A DNA stretch of 64,000 nucleotides from Chitinophaga pinensis (GCA_945879015.1 CAMCUO010000005.1:1306-65305); one strand, 5' to 3'. Positions 30,166-42,112 are shown, counted from the first letter of the stretch. The notes: generated from the sequence alone by a model not told the origin. Program-made: numbers and translations.

Positions 30166-31179
30166 CTATAGCTCAATAATGGTTGCACCCCAAGACAAAC
30201 CGACTCCAAATCCTGCGAGTAATATTTTTTGTCCTGGTTTTGCTTTTCCTGATTTAATGGCTTCACTTAATGTAATGGGGATGCTTGCAGCAACTGTGTT
30301 TCCAACACCTGCCATGTAATTAAAAACTTTTTCCTCCGGAATTTTCATTTTTGTTCGTATGGAATTAATCAAAAATAAATTCGCTTGATGAAAAATAAAA
30401 AGATCAACGTCTTCGATATTTAATTTTTCTTTCGCCAATAAATCTTTAATCATTGCTGGAACAGTTTTTAATCCAAAATGAAAAACTCCAGCACCGTCCA
30501 TGTGTAAATTAGCATCGGTAGTCACATTTCCGTGTTCATTTTCTATTTCAATAAAAGAATTTTTTGAAATTGGATTTCTTGCACCACCATCTCTGATGAT
30601 AATTTTTTCTGCCATTTTTCCATCTGTTCCAAAAACGAATGAACTAATGTTAGCATTTTTTTTACCAGACGAAATGAGCGTTGCAGCTGCACCATCACCA
30701 AAAACAAATTTTGAACTTCTATCTTTTTTATGAATATTTTTTGTGAGTGTTGAAGAAGTAATTAGCAAAACATTTTTCAATCCCAAAGACTCAATCATTC
30801 CTTTTGCCATCCCTAATCCATATACAAATCCGCTACAACCTAAACTGTAATCCATTGCTCCAGCATTTATTGGAAGCCCTAATTTTGCTTGTATGATAGA
30901 GGCAGAGGCAGGAAACATGTAATCAAACTCCAAAGCACAAAAAAGTAAAAAATCAATTTCTTCAGGTTTAACTTTGTGTTCTTTGAAAAGTGCTAATGCT
31001 GCTTTAACAGCAAGATCAGAAGCTGTTTCATTTTTAGCTACTATATGCCTTTCAACAACTCCAATTCTTGCATAGTTTTCTTTTTGAGAAACAGTTGCAG
31101 GAAAAGCTTTGAAAAAATCTGTATTACTATAGATTTTTTCGGGAAGATAATAACTGATAGCTTTTATGAATGCCGACAT
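30166..31179 (-). CDS. 3-oxoacyl-ACP synthase III (FabH-like), copy B.
   Basis: SLGCSGFVYGL, FIFHQANLFL, AGVGNTVAASIP. Confidence 0.8.
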   Translation of the reverse strand: MSAFIKAISYYLPEKIYSNTDFFKAFPATVSQKENYARIGVVERHIVAKNETASDLAVKAALALFKEHKVKPEEIDFLLFCALEFDYMFPASASIIQAKLGLPINAGAMDYSLGCSGFVYGLGMAKGMIESLGLKNVLLITSSTLTKNIHKKDRSSKFVFGDGAAATLISSGKKNANISSFVFGTDGKMAEKIIIRDGGARNPISKNSFIEIENEHGNVTTDANLHMDGAGVFHFGLKTVPAMIKDLLAKEKLNIEDVDLFIFHQANLFLINSIRTKMKIPEEKVFNYMAGVGNTVAASIPITLSEAIKSGKAKPGQKILLAGFGVGLSWGATIIEL

Positions 31180-31279
31180 CTTTGTAAAATGAATAGAAAA
31201 TATTTAAAAAGTGTTTATGACAATTTTCGAATTAAAAGTACAAAAATACTTTCTCATCTTGGGAAAAACTTAATTATAT

Positions 31280-33304
31280 TTGGTGGGTAAAGAATTGTAT
31301 AGAATTTCAATGAAAAAGAACAAAGTAAAGGAAGCCCCTAAGCCTGAAAAAAAGATTGTTGAAAACGTGTTCAGTGAAAAAAAATTGAATCGTAGAATAA
31401 TTTTATTTTTTGTGCTTTTATGTTTTTTGGTTTACGGGAAAAGTATCAAGAATAATTATTCTATGGATGATGAGTTTGTTGTTAGAAATAACCAACAAGT
31501 TCAAAGAGGAATTGAAGCAATACCTGAAATTTTTAGAACAACCTATGTTGTAAATAGTCAAAAATCGAACTACGAATATCGTCCAATTGTTAAAGCATCA
31601 TTTGCGTTAGAGTGTGAGTTTTTTGGAGTAAATCCACATGTTAGTCATTTCATAAATGTGTTGCTTTATACTTTAGCGATAGTATTGCTTTACATGACTC
31701 TCAAGGCTTTACTGTCGAAATACAATATACTTCTTCCTTTTATAATTACGACTTTATTTTTGATTCATCCATTGCATTCCGAAGTTGTAATAAGCATTAA
31801 AAATAGAGATGTTATTTTAAGTTTTACAGGATTTATTCTTTCCATATTCTTTTATTTAAAATTCATTGAAACAAAAAAATATTATCACTTATTTTTCGGA
31901 GTATTTTTTATTCTTTTTGGATTGATGTCTAAAAAAGATGCGATGACCATTGTTGCTATTATTCCCTTTACTCTTTGGTTTTTAAAAGATGTTTCTTTCA
32001 AACGAATGATTCCAATTTTTATTTCTTACATATTTCCAATTCTCATTTATCGATTTGCAAACAAAATTGCGAATCATAATTTTTCGAGAAAAACATTGGA
32101 TTGGGAAAATCCTTTATATCTGGGTTCAACTTTAGCGGATCGTATTCCGAGCGGATTTTATAGCATTTATTTTTATCTAAAAATGTTTTTAATTCCGCAT
32201 CCGCTTGTTTCCTACTATGGCTACAATCAAGTGCCTATAGCTACTTGGTCGAATGCAATTGTATGGATTGTTTTAATCGGATTAATAGGCGTAGGTTATT
32301 ATGTAATTAAAAATTTCAAAACAAAAGGAATTGAAATTTTTGGAATTCTATTCTTTTTAGTAACCATTTCAATGTTTACAAATGTGTTGGTTCCAGTTGT
32401 AGGTATTGTAGGTGAGCGATTTGCATTTATTCCATCACTAGGATTGTGTTTTATATCAGCTTGGGCTTTGTTTAAAGGTTTTAAAATTGCTTTTGAAAAC
32501 AAAGAATTGAAATTTCCAGCACTTTCAAGTCCGATTTTCGTGACTTTAGGTTTAGTTGTTTTGCTATTTAGTATCCGTTCATTTGTTAGAATAAAAGATT
32601 GGAAGGATACATTTACTTTGTATCAAACAGATGTTAAAAATGCTCCAGAATCGGCTCATGCCAACTCATTGATAGCAGCAGCATCCATTCAAAAGATTAA
32701 GGAAAATGAAAAAATGAGCATAAATCAGAAACGATTTTATGTTCAAAATGCGGAAAAATACTATTTAGAATCCATTCGCATTATTCCAGACTACATCTCT
32801 TCCTTAAACAATTTGGGAATGATTTATTACACCTATTACAATCAGCCTGAAAAGTCGATTCCCTATCTTAAAAAGGCAATATCATTAGATACAAATTATG
32901 TGGAAGCATACTTTAACTTAGCGACTTGTGAAGCAAAGGGGAAAAACTATGTTGAAGCAGAAAAACATTACCTGAAATCAATAGAAATTGACTCCAATTT
33001 TGTGAGCACTTATTTTTCATTAAGCGCCATGTATGCGGAAGAAAAGAAGTATGATGAAATTTTAAAATTGAATCAAAATGCTATAGATAAAGGGGTTAAG
33101 GCAGATGTATTGCATGTGAATATTGGTAATGTTTATTTCATGAGAAAGGATACAATTTCTGCAGTACCGCATTTTGAAGAATGCATACGTTTGAACTCAA
33201 ATAACAGGTTTTTGAACTCGTTTTTGGCCAATTATTTCAAAGAAAAGGGTGATTTAGTGAAAGCGAACAAATATTATGACTTGATGGGGGCTTCAAAACG
33301 TTAA
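31280..33304 (+). CDS. GT-C fold membrane glycosyltransferase (ArnT/PMT family-like) with a C-terminal TPR domain.
   Basis: About 11 N-terminal TM helices. C-terminal TPRs: YFNLATCEAKGKNYVEAEKHYLKSIEIDSNF, YFSLSAMYAEEKKYDEILK. Divergent from the KASIII/GT2 operon. Confidence 0.65.
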   Translation: MVGKELYRISMKKNKVKEAPKPEKKIVENVFSEKKLNRRIILFFVLLCFLVYGKSIKNNYSMDDEFVVRNNQQVQRGIEAIPEIFRTTYVVNSQKSNYEYRPIVKASFALECEFFGVNPHVSHFINVLLYTLAIVLLYMTLKALLSKYNILLPFIITTLFLIHPLHSEVVISIKNRDVILSFTGFILSIFFYLKFIETKKYYHLFFGVFFILFGLMSKKDAMTIVAIIPFTLWFLKDVSFKRMIPIFISYIFPILIYRFANKIANHNFSRKTLDWENPLYLGSTLADRIPSGFYSIYFYLKMFLIPHPLVSYYGYNQVPIATWSNAIVWIVLIGLIGVGYYVIKNFKTKGIEIFGILFFLVTISMFTNVLVPVVGIVGERFAFIPSLGLCFISAWALFKGFKIAFENKELKFPALSSPIFVTLGLVVLLFSIRSFVRIKDWKDTFTLYQTDVKNAPESAHANSLIAAASIQKIKENEKMSINQKRFYVQNAEKYYLESIRIIPDYISSLNNLGMIYYTYYNQPEKSIPYLKKAISLDTNYVEAYFNLATCEAKGKNYVEAEKHYLKSIEIDSNFVSTYFSLSAMYAEEKKYDEILKLNQNAIDKGVKADVLHVNIGNVYFMRKDTISAVPHFEECIRLNSNNRFLNSFLANYFKEKGDLVKANKYYDLMGASKR

Positions 33305-33450
33305 TTTTAATGCAACTAAATAGGTTTAAAAACATCTTATTTAACAGATAAATAGTATTTTAGACATGATTTAATAATCGTTTATTTTTGAATCTCAATT
33401 AAGTCAAATTTCTTCAATCCTTAATATAGATTTTGTATAATTTTTTCAGA

Positions 33451-33490
33451 GTCGGAATTCCTTAATTATTAAGCGATTCCGACTTTTTTA
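33451..33490 (+). terminator. Rho-independent terminator after the GT-C/TPR gene.
   Basis: gtcggaat-N16-attccgac plus a T-run. Confidence 0.6.
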
Positions 33491-33544
33491 TGCCCGAAAT
33501 ATTAAATTTTTCGGATAAATCACGTTTTTTTTTGAACTGTCTAT

Positions 33545-33572
33545 TGTTTATAATAAATATTTATTACCTTTG
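33545..33572 (+). promoter_or_regulatory. Candidate Bacteroidota sigma-A promoter for the str operon.
   Basis: TTG at 33545 (-33 element); TAccTTTG at 33565-33572 (-7 element); about 19 bp spacing. Confidence 0.3.
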
Positions 33573-33639
33573 CCCTCCCAAAAAAGCGGGGGTGTATTTA
33601 ATTTACACTGAAAAACGATAAAAATTTAACAACAGAAAA

Positions 33640-34041
33640 ATGCCTACAATATCACAATTAGTGCGTAAAGGGAGATTAAAAGCAGTTAACAAAAGTAAGT
33701 CTGCAGCTCTTGATTCTTGTCCACAAAAACGTGGGGTTTGTACTCGTGTTTACACGACTACTCCAAAGAAACCGAATTCAGCTATGAGAAAAGTAGCTCG
33801 TGTGCGTTTAACCAACAAAAAAGAGGTGAATGCATACATCCCGGGAGAAGGTCATAACCTGCAAGAACACTCAATTGTGTTGATTCGTGGTGGAAGAGTT
33901 AAAGATTTACCAGGAGTTCGTTATCACATCGTTCGTGGTGCTTTAGATACTTCAGGAGTTGATGGTCGTAACCAAAGACGTTCAAAATACGGAACAAAGA
34001 AACCAAAAGCAGGAGCTGCTAAACCAGCTGCTAAAAAATAA
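33640..34041 (+). CDS. rpsL: 30S ribosomal protein S12.
   Basis: [12 protein letters not shown]... Confidence 0.95.
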   Translation: MPTISQLVRKGRLKAVNKSKSAALDSCPQKRGVCTRVYTTTPKKPNSAMRKVARVRLTNKKEVNAYIPGEGHNLQEHSIVLIRGGRVKDLPGVRYHIVRGALDTSGVDGRNQRRSKYGTKKPKAGAAKPAAKK

Positions 34042-34113
34042 TTAAAAATCGAGTGAGGATTTGAGTAAGGAAAAACCTGAAGCAACAAATTTAAGCTCTA
34101 AAAAAAACAAACA

Positions 34114-34584
34114 ATGAGAAAGACCAAAGCCAAAAAGAGAATTCTTTTACCTGATCCAAAATTCAATGATATTTTGGTAACACGTTTTGTAAACAATTTA
34201 ATGTATGATGGTAAAAAAAGTACTTCATACGATGTATTTTATGATGCAATCGAAATTGTTCAGAAAAGAACTCCAGATGTTGATGGTTTAGAAACTTTCA
34301 AAAAAGCATTGAGTAATATCACTCCAGCAGTTGAAGTTCGTAGTCGCAGAGTTGGTGGTGCAACATTTCAAATTCCTTCTGAGATTCGTCCAGAAAGAAA
34401 ACTTTCAATGGGAATTAAGTGGATGATTCTTTATGCTCGTAAACGTAACGAAAAATCAATGGCTCAGAAATTAGCTGGAGAAATTGTTGCAGCAGCAAAA
34501 GAAGAAGGTGCAGCTTACAAAAAGAAAGAAGACGTTCATAAAATGGCAGAAGCTAACAAAGCTTTCTCTCACTTTAGATTTTAA
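34114..34584 (+). CDS. rpsG: 30S ribosomal protein S7.
   Basis: 156 aa S7 signature. Confidence 0.95.
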   Translation: MRKTKAKKRILLPDPKFNDILVTRFVNNLMYDGKKSTSYDVFYDAIEIVQKRTPDVDGLETFKKALSNITPAVEVRSRRVGGATFQIPSEIRPERKLSMGIKWMILYARKRNEKSMAQKLAGEIVAAAKEEGAAYKKKEDVHKMAEANKAFSHFRF

Positions 34585-34721
34585 TTAATGTTGCGCTTTG
34601 CGCTTACATTAATTTATCCTGATGAAATCGGGATTTTATAAATAAGAATAAGAATAGCGTTGTTGAATGTGAGTTTAGGTAAAACCAACAACAAACAACC
34701 AGCAACAAACAACTAATTAAA

Positions 34722-36845
34722 ATGGCAGATTTAAGATATACAAGAAACATTGGAATTGCAGCTCACATCGATGCAGGTAAAACAACTTGCACCGAGCGTA
34801 TTCTTTATTATACAGGAGTGAATCACAAAATTGGTGAAGTTCATGACGGTGCAGCAACAATGGATTGGATGGTTCAAGAGCAAGAGAGAGGTATAACAAT
34901 CACATCTGCTGCTACTACTTGTTTTTGGAAATACAGAGACCAACAATATAAAGTAAACATTATTGATACACCGGGTCACGTTGACTTTACAGTTGAGGTG
35001 AATCGTTCATTACGCATCCTTGATGGTTTAGTTTTCTTGTTTTCTGCTGTTGATGGTGTTGAGCCACAATCAGAAACAAACTGGAGACTAGCTAACAACT
35101 ATAACGTAACCCGTATTGGTTTCGTAAATAAAATGGATCGCTCTGGTGCTGACTTTTTAAAGGTTGTTGCACAAGTGAAAGAAGTATTGGGTGGAAATCC
35201 TTTACCATTACAATTGCCGATTGGTGCTGAAGAAACATTTGTTGGAGTGGTTGATTTGATTAATTTCCGTGGAATTGTTTGGAATGAAGAAGATCAAGGA
35301 ATGACTTTCAAAGAAGTTCCTATTCCAGCAGAAATGATGGAAGAAGCAAAAGAGTGGAGAGGTAAATTATTGGAAGCAATCGCGGAATTCGATGATAGAT
35401 TGATGGAGAAATTTTTCGTAGATCCTGAATCTCTTACAGAGCGCGAAATTCTTGATGCACTTCGTCAAGCTTGTGTTGCGAACAAAGTAGTTCCAATGGT
35501 TTGCGGATCAGCATTTAAAAATAAAGGTGTTCAAACAATGTTGGATTTGGTAATGGAATTAATGCCATCACCAATGGATAAAGAAGAAACCAAAGGAACA
35601 CATCCTGATACTGGTGCAGAAATTTCTCGTAAGCCAGATGTTAAAGAGCCATTTACAGCATTAGCATTTAAAATTGCAACCGATCCTTTTGTTGGTCGTT
35701 TGTGTTTCTTCCGTGCTTATTCTGGTCGTTTAGATGCTGGTTCATATGTATTAAATACTCGCAGTGGAAACAAAGAACGTATTTCTCGTATTTTCCAAAT
35801 GCATGCAAATAAACAAAACGCAATTGATTTTATTGAAGCAGGTGATATTGGTGCAGCTGTAGGATTTAAAGATATCAAAACAGGTGATACACTTTGTGAT
35901 GAGAAACATCCTATCGTTCTTGAATCAATGAATTTCCCTGAGCCTGTTATAGGTGTTGCCATTGAGCCTAAAACTCAAGCTGACTTGGATAAATTAGGCG
36001 TTTCATTAAATAAATTAGCTGAAGAAGATCCTACTTTCCGTGTTAAAACGGATGAAGATAGTGGTCAAACAATCATCAGTGGAATGGGGGAACTTCACTT
36101 AGAGATTATTATGGATCGTTTGAAGCGTGAATTCAAAGTTGAATGTAATCAAGGTCCGCCTCAAGTATCATACAAGGAAACTATTAATGGCGAAGTATCA
36201 CACCGCGAGGTTTATAAAAAACAATCTGGTGGTCGTGGTAAGTTTGCCGATATACAAGTTGTTATTTCTCCAGTTGATGCAGATTTTGATGCAACAACAA
36301 AAAAAGCTGGTGGATTACAATTCGTAAACGAAATTTCTGGTGGTAATATTCCTCGTGAATTTATTCCAGCAGTTGAAAAAGGATTTAAATCAGCAATGGT
36401 GAATGGTGTATTAGCAGGTTATCCTGTAGATACATTAAAAGTAAGATTGTTAGATGGTTCATATCACAATGTCGATTCAGATGCATTATCGTTTGAGATT
36501 TGTGCTCGTTCTGCATTCCGTGAAGCAATGCCAAAAGCAAAACCAGTTTTATTGGAGCCTATCATGAAAGTGGAAGTTCTTACTCCAGAACAAAACATGG
36601 GTGATGTTGTAGGTGATTTGAATAAACGCAGAGGTATGATTGAAGGAATGGATACTAGAGCTGGTTCTCAAGTTATCAAAGCAAAAGTTCCATTGTCTGA
36701 AATGTTTGGATACGTTACAACTTTGCGCACTATCACTTCTGGTCGTGCAACTTCTACAATGGAATTTTCTCATTATGCAGAAGCTCCACGTAGCACTTCA
36801 GATGAGGTAATCGCTAAAGCAAAAGGTAAAGCAGAAAAAGTATAA
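34722..36845 (+). CDS. fusA: Elongation factor G.
   Basis: [17 protein letters not shown]; 707 aa. No tuf follows it, which matches the usual Bacteroidota arrangement. Confidence 0.95.
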   Translation: MADLRYTRNIGIAAHIDAGKTTCTERILYYTGVNHKIGEVHDGAATMDWMVQEQERGITITSAATTCFWKYRDQQYKVNIIDTPGHVDFTVEVNRSLRILDGLVFLFSAVDGVEPQSETNWRLANNYNVTRIGFVNKMDRSGADFLKVVAQVKEVLGGNPLPLQLPIGAEETFVGVVDLINFRGIVWNEEDQGMTFKEVPIPAEMMEEAKEWRGKLLEAIAEFDDRLMEKFFVDPESLTEREILDALRQACVANKVVPMVCGSAFKNKGVQTMLDLVMELMPSPMDKEETKGTHPDTGAEISRKPDVKEPFTALAFKIATDPFVGRLCFFRAYSGRLDAGSYVLNTRSGNKERISRIFQMHANKQNAIDFIEAGDIGAAVGFKDIKTGDTLCDEKHPIVLESMNFPEPVIGVAIEPKTQADLDKLGVSLNKLAEEDPTFRVKTDEDSGQTIISGMGELHLEIIMDRLKREFKVECNQGPPQVSYKETINGEVSHREVYKKQSGGRGKFADIQVVISPVDADFDATTKKAGGLQFVNEISGGNIPREFIPAVEKGFKSAMVNGVLAGYPVDTLKVRLLDGSYHNVDSDALSFEICARSAFREAMPKAKPVLLEPIMKVEVLTPEQNMGDVVGDLNKRRGMIEGMDTRAGSQVIKAKVPLSEMFGYVTTLRTITSGRATSTMEFSHYAEAPRSTSDEVIAKAKGKAEKV

Positions 36846-36877
36846 TAAATTAACATCGTTCTTTATAAAACAAAACT

Positions 36878-37186
36878 ATGAGCCAAAAAATCAGAATCAA
36901 ATTAAAATCTTACGACTTCAACTTAGTTGACAAGTCAGCAGAGAAAATTGTTAAAACTGTGAAAATGACAGGAGCTGTTGTTAGTGGACCAATTCCATTG
37001 CCAACACAGAAAAAAATCTATACTGTTTTACGTTCTCCGCACGTTAATAAAAAAGCACGTGAGCAATTTCAATTGTGCTCATACAAAAGATTGTTAGACA
37101 TCTACAACTCAACTTCTAAAACGGTTGACGCACTTATGAAATTAGAATTACCAAGTGGAGTAGAAGTTGAAATCAAAGCATCGTAA
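36878..37186 (+). CDS. rpsJ: 30S ribosomal protein S10.
   Basis: 102 aa S10. Confidence 0.95.
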   Translation: MSQKIRIKLKSYDFNLVDKSAEKIVKTVKMTGAVVSGPIPLPTQKKIYTVLRSPHVNKKAREQFQLCSYKRLLDIYNSTSKTVDALMKLELPSGVEVEIKAS

Positions 37187-37279
37187 TAAAATTTGTTGAG
37201 CCGTCACCCTGAGAGGAGTCGAAGGGGGAAGGCAGACAAATCTCAATAAGAAAAAAAAATAATTAATTAATTAAACACA

Positions 37280-37897
37280 ATGTCTGGAATAATAGGTAAA
37301 AAAATTGGAATGACTAGTATCTTCAGTGCCAATGGTAAATATATACCATGCACAGTTATTGAAGCTGGTCCTTGCGTTGTTACGCAAGTAAAAACCTTGG
37401 AGAAAGACGGATACGCTTCAGTACAATTGGCTTTTGATGAGAAGAAAGAAAAACATACTTCTTCTGCTATGCAAGGTCATTTCGCTAAAGCCGCCACCAC
37501 TCCTAAACGTAAATTAGTTGAATTTAAATACTTCGAAACTGCAAAAACTCTTGGAGAAGTAGTTACTGTTGATCTTTTCGCTGAAGGCGATTTTATTGAT
37601 GTAGCTGGCACTTCAAAAGGTAAAGGTTTTCAGGGTGTTGTTAAACGCCACGGTTTTGGTGGAGTTGGTGGAACTACTCACGGTCAACATGATCGTTTGC
37701 GTGCACCAGGTTCATTAGGAGCTTCTTCTTGGCCTTCACGTGTATTCAAAGGAATGAGAATGGGCGGAAGAATGGGTGGAGATCGCGTTAAAATCCAAAA
37801 CTTAGAAGTAGTAAAAGTAATTGCTGATAAAAATCTTTTAATTATCAAAGGTTCTATCGCAGGAGCAAAAGGTTCATACGTTACAATCGAGAAATAA
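37280..37897 (+). CDS. rplC: 50S ribosomal protein L3.
   Basis: 205 aa L3. Confidence 0.95.
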   Translation: MSGIIGKKIGMTSIFSANGKYIPCTVIEAGPCVVTQVKTLEKDGYASVQLAFDEKKEKHTSSAMQGHFAKAATTPKRKLVEFKYFETAKTLGEVVTVDLFAEGDFIDVAGTSKGKGFQGVVKRHGFGGVGGTTHGQHDRLRAPGSLGASSWPSRVFKGMRMGGRMGGDRVKIQNLEVVKVIADKNLLIIKGSIAGAKGSYVTIEK

Positions 37898-37898
37898 A

Positions 37899-38528
37899 AT
37901 GGAAGTATCAATTTTAAATATAAGCGGTAAAGCAACTTCTAAGAAGTTGAGCTTAAACGATGCAATCTTTGGCATCGAGCCGAATGACCATGCCATTTAT
38001 TTGGATGTTAAACAACATTTAGCAAATAAACGTCAAGGTACTCACAAATCTAAAGAAAGAGCTGAAGTTCGTGGTTCTAGCAAGAAATTAAAAAACCAAA
38101 AAGGTACAGGTGGAGCTCGTGCAGGTAACGATAAATCTCCAACCCGTGTTGGTGGTGGTAGAGCATTCGGACCTCGTCCAAGAGACTACGCTTTCAAATT
38201 GAATAAAAAATTGAAGCGTTTGGCTCGTATGTCGGCATTAACTTATAAAGCTCAAGGTAGCAGTATTACTATTTTAGAAGATTTCATTTTTGATTCTCCT
38301 AAAACACAGAAATATGCTGATTTGATGAATAATTTAAAGCTTTCCGACAAAAAAACACTATTGGTGTTGGGTGAATCAAATAAAAACATATATTTGTCCT
38401 CCCGAAATTTGACCAATGCAAAAGTCGTAACTGCTTCGGATTTAAACACTTACGATATTTTGAACGCAACAAATTTGTTGTTAGTTGAGAGCTCATTGAA
38501 GGAAATTGAAAATTTATTAAGCAATTAA
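37899..38528 (+). CDS. rplD: 50S ribosomal protein L4.
   Basis: 209 aa L4. Confidence 0.95.
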   Translation: MEVSILNISGKATSKKLSLNDAIFGIEPNDHAIYLDVKQHLANKRQGTHKSKERAEVRGSSKKLKNQKGTGGARAGNDKSPTRVGGGRAFGPRPRDYAFKLNKKLKRLARMSALTYKAQGSSITILEDFIFDSPKTQKYADLMNNLKLSDKKTLLVLGESNKNIYLSSRNLTNAKVVTASDLNTYDILNATNLLLVESSLKEIENLLSN

Positions 38529-38532
38529 TAAG

Positions 38533-38823
38533 ATGAACGTGATAGTAAAACCGGTTATAACCGAAAAAATGACAGCACAGGGCGAAAAATTTAATCGCTA
38601 TGGTTTTGTAGTGGCAAAAGCTGCTAACAAAGTGGAAATAAAATCAGCTGTTGAGAAATTATATGGTGTTACTGTTGAATCAGTAAACACTCAAAATTAT
38701 ATTGGTAAAATAAAAACTCGTAACACTACAAAAGGTATTGCTATTGGTAGAGTGAACCAACATAAAAAAGCAGTTGTGACGCTTAAAGCAGGCGAATCAA
38801 TTGATTTTTACGCAGGCATTTAA
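38533..38823 (+). CDS. rplW: 50S ribosomal protein L23.
   Basis: 96 aa L23. Confidence 0.95.
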   Translation: MNVIVKPVITEKMTAQGEKFNRYGFVVAKAANKVEIKSAVEKLYGVTVESVNTQNYIGKIKTRNTTKGIAIGRVNQHKKAVVTLKAGESIDFYAGI

Positions 38824-38915
38824 TAAATGAAAATCCTAATTTTATTTAGGATTTAGAGATTAGAATTTTAATAAACTATACTCCGAGCAGTCGGAGTGAT
38901 AATAAAAAAACTGAG

Positions 38916-39740
38916 ATGGCTTTAAAGAAATTTAGACCCCTAACCCCAGGGCAACGATTTAAATTAGTTAGTGATAACGATGATATTACGCACGGCAAAC
39001 CTGAAAAGAGTTTGTTGGAGCCAGTAAAAAAATCGGGAGGACGCGATAATACAGGTAAAATGACTATGCGCTACATTGGTGGTGGTCACAAACAACAATA
39101 TCGTATTATCGATTTCAAAAGAGATAAAGCAGGAATTCCAGCAACAGTTAAAACAATTGAGTACGATCCAAATCGTACTGCTCGTATTGCTCTAGTAGTT
39201 TATGCTGATGGTGAAAAACGTTATATCGTTGCTCCAACAGGTTTACAAGTAGGACAAAAAATTGTATCAGGTAAAGATGCTACTCCAGAAGTTGGAAACG
39301 CATTGTATTTAGCTGATATTCCATTAGGTACAACAATCCACAATATTGAATTACGTCCAGGACAAGGTGCTATCATGGCTCGTAGTGCTGGTTCTGCAGC
39401 TCAATTGAGTGCTAGAGATGGTAAATATGCAATCGTTAAAATGCCTTCAGGTGAAACACGTATGGTGTTAATTACTTGTATGGCTACAATTGGTGCTGTA
39501 TCTAATGCTGACCATAACTTAGAAATAAGCGGTAAAGCAGGTCGTACTCGTTGGCAAGGTCGCAGACCGAGAACTCGTCCGGTAGCTATGAACCCAGTCG
39601 ATCACCCAATGGGTGGAGGTGAAGGTAGAGCTTCAGGAGGTCACCCTCGTTCACGTACAGGAACACCTTCAAAAGGATATAAAACACGTTATCCTAAAAA
39701 GGCTTCTAACAAATACATTATCGAAAGAAGAAAAAAATAA
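38916..39740 (+). CDS. rplB: 50S ribosomal protein L2.
   Basis: 274 aa L2. Confidence 0.95.
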   Translation: MALKKFRPLTPGQRFKLVSDNDDITHGKPEKSLLEPVKKSGGRDNTGKMTMRYIGGGHKQQYRIIDFKRDKAGIPATVKTIEYDPNRTARIALVVYADGEKRYIVAPTGLQVGQKIVSGKDATPEVGNALYLADIPLGTTIHNIELRPGQGAIMARSAGSAAQLSARDGKYAIVKMPSGETRMVLITCMATIGAVSNADHNLEISGKAGRTRWQGRRPRTRPVAMNPVDHPMGGGEGRASGGHPRSRTGTPSKGYKTRYPKKASNKYIIERRKK

Positions 39741-39799
39741 TAATATAAACAGTTTAATGGTCTCGCTTATTTGGGATTCACAACTTAAAAACAAAATAG

Positions 39800-40078
39800 A
39801 TGTCACGTTCATTAAAAAAAGGTCCTTTTATCGACTGGAAACTTGAGAAAAAATTATTAGATCTTCAAGCTTCAGGTAAAAAAACAGTAATTAAAACTTG
39901 GTCACGTAGATCAATGATTTCTCCAGATTTCGTTGGTTTAACAGTAGCAGTTCACAATGGAAATAAATTTATTCCAGTTTATGTAACTGAAAACATGGTT
40001 GGACATAAGTTCGGTGAATTTTCACCAACACGTACATTCAGAGGTCACTCTGGAAACAAAGATAAAGTAGCTAAATAA
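39800..40078 (+). CDS. rpsS: 30S ribosomal protein S19.
   Basis: 92 aa S19. Confidence 0.95.
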   Translation: MSRSLKKGPFIDWKLEKKLLDLQASGKKTVIKTWSRRSMISPDFVGLTVAVHNGNKFIPVYVTENMVGHKFGEFSPTRTFRGHSGNKDKVAK

Positions 40079-40109
40079 GATTATTAAAGAGATTATAATA
40101 TAAAGTAAA

Positions 40110-40550
40110 ATGGGAGTTAGAAAACAAAACGCGGCAGATGCGCGCAAAGAGGCAAACAAAAGCAGATATTTTGCTGTATTGAAAAATTGCCCTACATCTC
40201 CACGTAAGATGAGATTGTTGGCCGACCTTATTAGAGGTAAAGAAGTTTTTATGGCTTTGAATATTTTAAAGTTCAATCCAAAAGAAGCATCTGGCAGATT
40301 AGAAAAATTGTTGACATCAGCAATTTCTAACTATGAAGCAAAAACAGGACAACGTTCTGAAGATAGCAACTTAGTTGTGAAAGAAATTTTTGTTGACAGT
40401 GCATTACAAATGAAGCGTTTAAGAACTGCTCCACAAGGTCGTGCAAACAGAATCAGAAAGCGTTCAAATCACGTTACTATTGTTGTTGACAGCAAAAAAG
40501 TAGAAGAGAAGAAAAAAGTATCAAACAAGAAACAAGAAGAAACTAAATAA
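40110..40550 (+). CDS. rplV: 50S ribosomal protein L22.
   Basis: 146 aa L22. Confidence 0.95.
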   Translation: MGVRKQNAADARKEANKSRYFAVLKNCPTSPRKMRLLADLIRGKEVFMALNILKFNPKEASGRLEKLLTSAISNYEAKTGQRSEDSNLVVKEIFVDSALQMKRLRTAPQGRANRIRKRSNHVTIVVDSKKVEEKKKVSNKKQEETK

Positions 40551-40559
40551 TAATTTTCA

Positions 40560-41348
40560 ATGGGACAAAAAGCAAATCCGATAGGCTTACGTTTAGGCAT
40601 CATTAAAGGATGGGATTCAAACTGGTACGGTGGAAAAAATTTCGCTGATAAATTAGTTGAAGATTTTAAAATCAGAGAATATTTGAAAGCTCGTTTAGCT
40701 AAAGCAAGTATTTCAAAAATCGTAATTGAAAGAACAGTTAAAATTATTACTGTTACAATTAATACTTCTCGTCCGGGAATCATTATCGGTAAAGGCGGAG
40801 CTGAAGTTGATAAAATTAAAGAAGAATTAAAAAAGATTACAAAAAAAGATATTCAAATCAATATTTTTGAAATTAAACGTCCGGAATTAGATGCTCGTTT
40901 AGTTGCTGATAGTATTGCTCGTCAAATTGAAGGACGTATTTCTTTCCGTAGAGCTGTGAAAATGGCAGTTGCTTCTACAATGAGAATGGGTGCTGAAGGT
41001 ATTAAAGTAAAGTGTTCTGGTCGTTTAGCTGGAGCAGAGATGGCACGTACTGAAGGATACAAAGAAGGACGTACTCCATTGCATACTTTGCGTGCTGATA
41101 TTGATTATGCTTTGGGTGAAGCTCACACAACTTATGGTCGTATTGGTGTAAAAGTTTGGATTTGTAAAGGTGAAGTTTATGGAAAACGTGATCTTTCTCC
41201 AAATGTTGGAAATGCAGCAGCAGGTTCAAAAGATGGAAAAGGTGGCGGATCTCATAAAGGTGGAAATCCAAAGTTTGATAACAAACGCGGACCAGGTGGA
41301 CCAAGAAAAGGTGGAAACGATAACAGAGGTAGAGATTCTAGAAAATAG
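40560..41348 (+). CDS. rpsC: 30S ribosomal protein S3.
   Basis: 262 aa S3 with a Gly/Lys-rich tail. Confidence 0.95.
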   Translation: MGQKANPIGLRLGIIKGWDSNWYGGKNFADKLVEDFKIREYLKARLAKASISKIVIERTVKIITVTINTSRPGIIIGKGGAEVDKIKEELKKITKKDIQINIFEIKRPELDARLVADSIARQIEGRISFRRAVKMAVASTMRMGAEGIKVKCSGRLAGAEMARTEGYKEGRTPLHTLRADIDYALGEAHTTYGRIGVKVWICKGEVYGKRDLSPNVGNAAAGSKDGKGGGSHKGGNPKFDNKRGPGGPRKGGNDNRGRDSRK

Positions 41349-41393
41349 TTTTTGAAAAGAACAAAATATTAATTGATATAATAAAAAAATACA

Positions 41394-41822
41394 ATGTTAC
41401 AGCCGAAAAGAACCAAATATAGAAAGATGCACAAAATGAAAATGAAAGGCAACGCTAAGCGTGGTGATCAACTTTCATTCGGTTCATTTGGATTAAAGGC
41501 AACGGAAGGATGCTGGGTGACAGCTCGTCAATTAGAAGCTGCAAGGGTTGCAGTTACTCGTTTCATGAAACGTGAAGGTCAAATATGGATTTGTGTTTTC
41601 CCTGATAAACCTATTACATCTAAGCCTGCAGAGGTTCGTATGGGTAAAGGTAAAGGTGCTCCTGAATATTGGGTTGCCGTAGTAAAACCAGGTCGTATTC
41701 TTTTTGAAGCAGAAGGCGTTCCAATGGAAGTTGCAAAAGAAGCATTGCGTTTGGCAGCTCAAAAATTGCCAATCACAACTAAATTCATCGTTAGAAGAGA
41801 TTACGCTGCAGAAGCGAACTAA
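41394..41822 (+). CDS. rplP: 50S ribosomal protein L16.
   Basis: 142 aa L16. Confidence 0.95.
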   Translation: MLQPKRTKYRKMHKMKMKGNAKRGDQLSFGSFGLKATEGCWVTARQLEAARVAVTRFMKREGQIWICVFPDKPITSKPAEVRMGKGKGAPEYWVAVVKPGRILFEAEGVPMEVAKEALRLAAQKLPITTKFIVRRDYAAEAN

Positions 41823-41900
41823 ATAAAAGAACACCAACAAAATGAAATGAAGCCTGTAAAGGCGAAATTCCATTCGACAAAAAACAAAAAAAACAAACGA

Positions 41901-42104
41901 ATGAAACAAGAAGATATCAAACAACTTTCAACTGCTGATTTAGCTGATAGAATCAAAGAACAAAAAAATTCTTTGTCTAAATTAAAGTTAAATCATTCAG
42001 TATCTCCTATTGAAAATCCGTCTAGCATCACTGCTAACAGAAAAACAGTAGCTAGATTACAAACAGAATTGCGTTCAAGACAAATAGCTGAGGCTAAAAA
42101 ATAA
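41901..42104 (+). CDS. rpmC: 50S ribosomal protein L29.
   Basis: The internal start [14 protein letters not shown] gives a 67 aa L29. The ORF track begins 18 codons earlier (41847); the start is ambiguous. Confidence 0.8.
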   Translation: MKQEDIKQLSTADLADRIKEQKNSLSKLKLNHSVSPIENPSSITANRKTVARLQTELRSRQIAEAKK

Positions 42105-42112
42105 TTTCAAAC

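Noticed and set aside
26585-31179. Aryl-polyene / flexirubin-type cluster interpretation of the KASIII-ACP-KASIII-KR-GT2 operon
   Set aside because: No KS/CLF (FabF/FabB-like) pair, no ammonia-lyase, no DarA-type or dehydratase, no LolA/MMPL exporter genes are in the window. Only the KASIII, ACP, KR and GT2 subset is present, so a sugar-lipid pathway is the more conservative reading.
34731-41924. Antisense and alternative-frame ORFs inside fusA, rplC, rplD, rpsC and rplP (for example 34731-34979, 35717-35962, 37684-37935, 41002-41304, 41532-41924)
   Set aside because: They overlap high-confidence ribosomal and translation genes on the opposite strand or in another frame, and have low-complexity composition.
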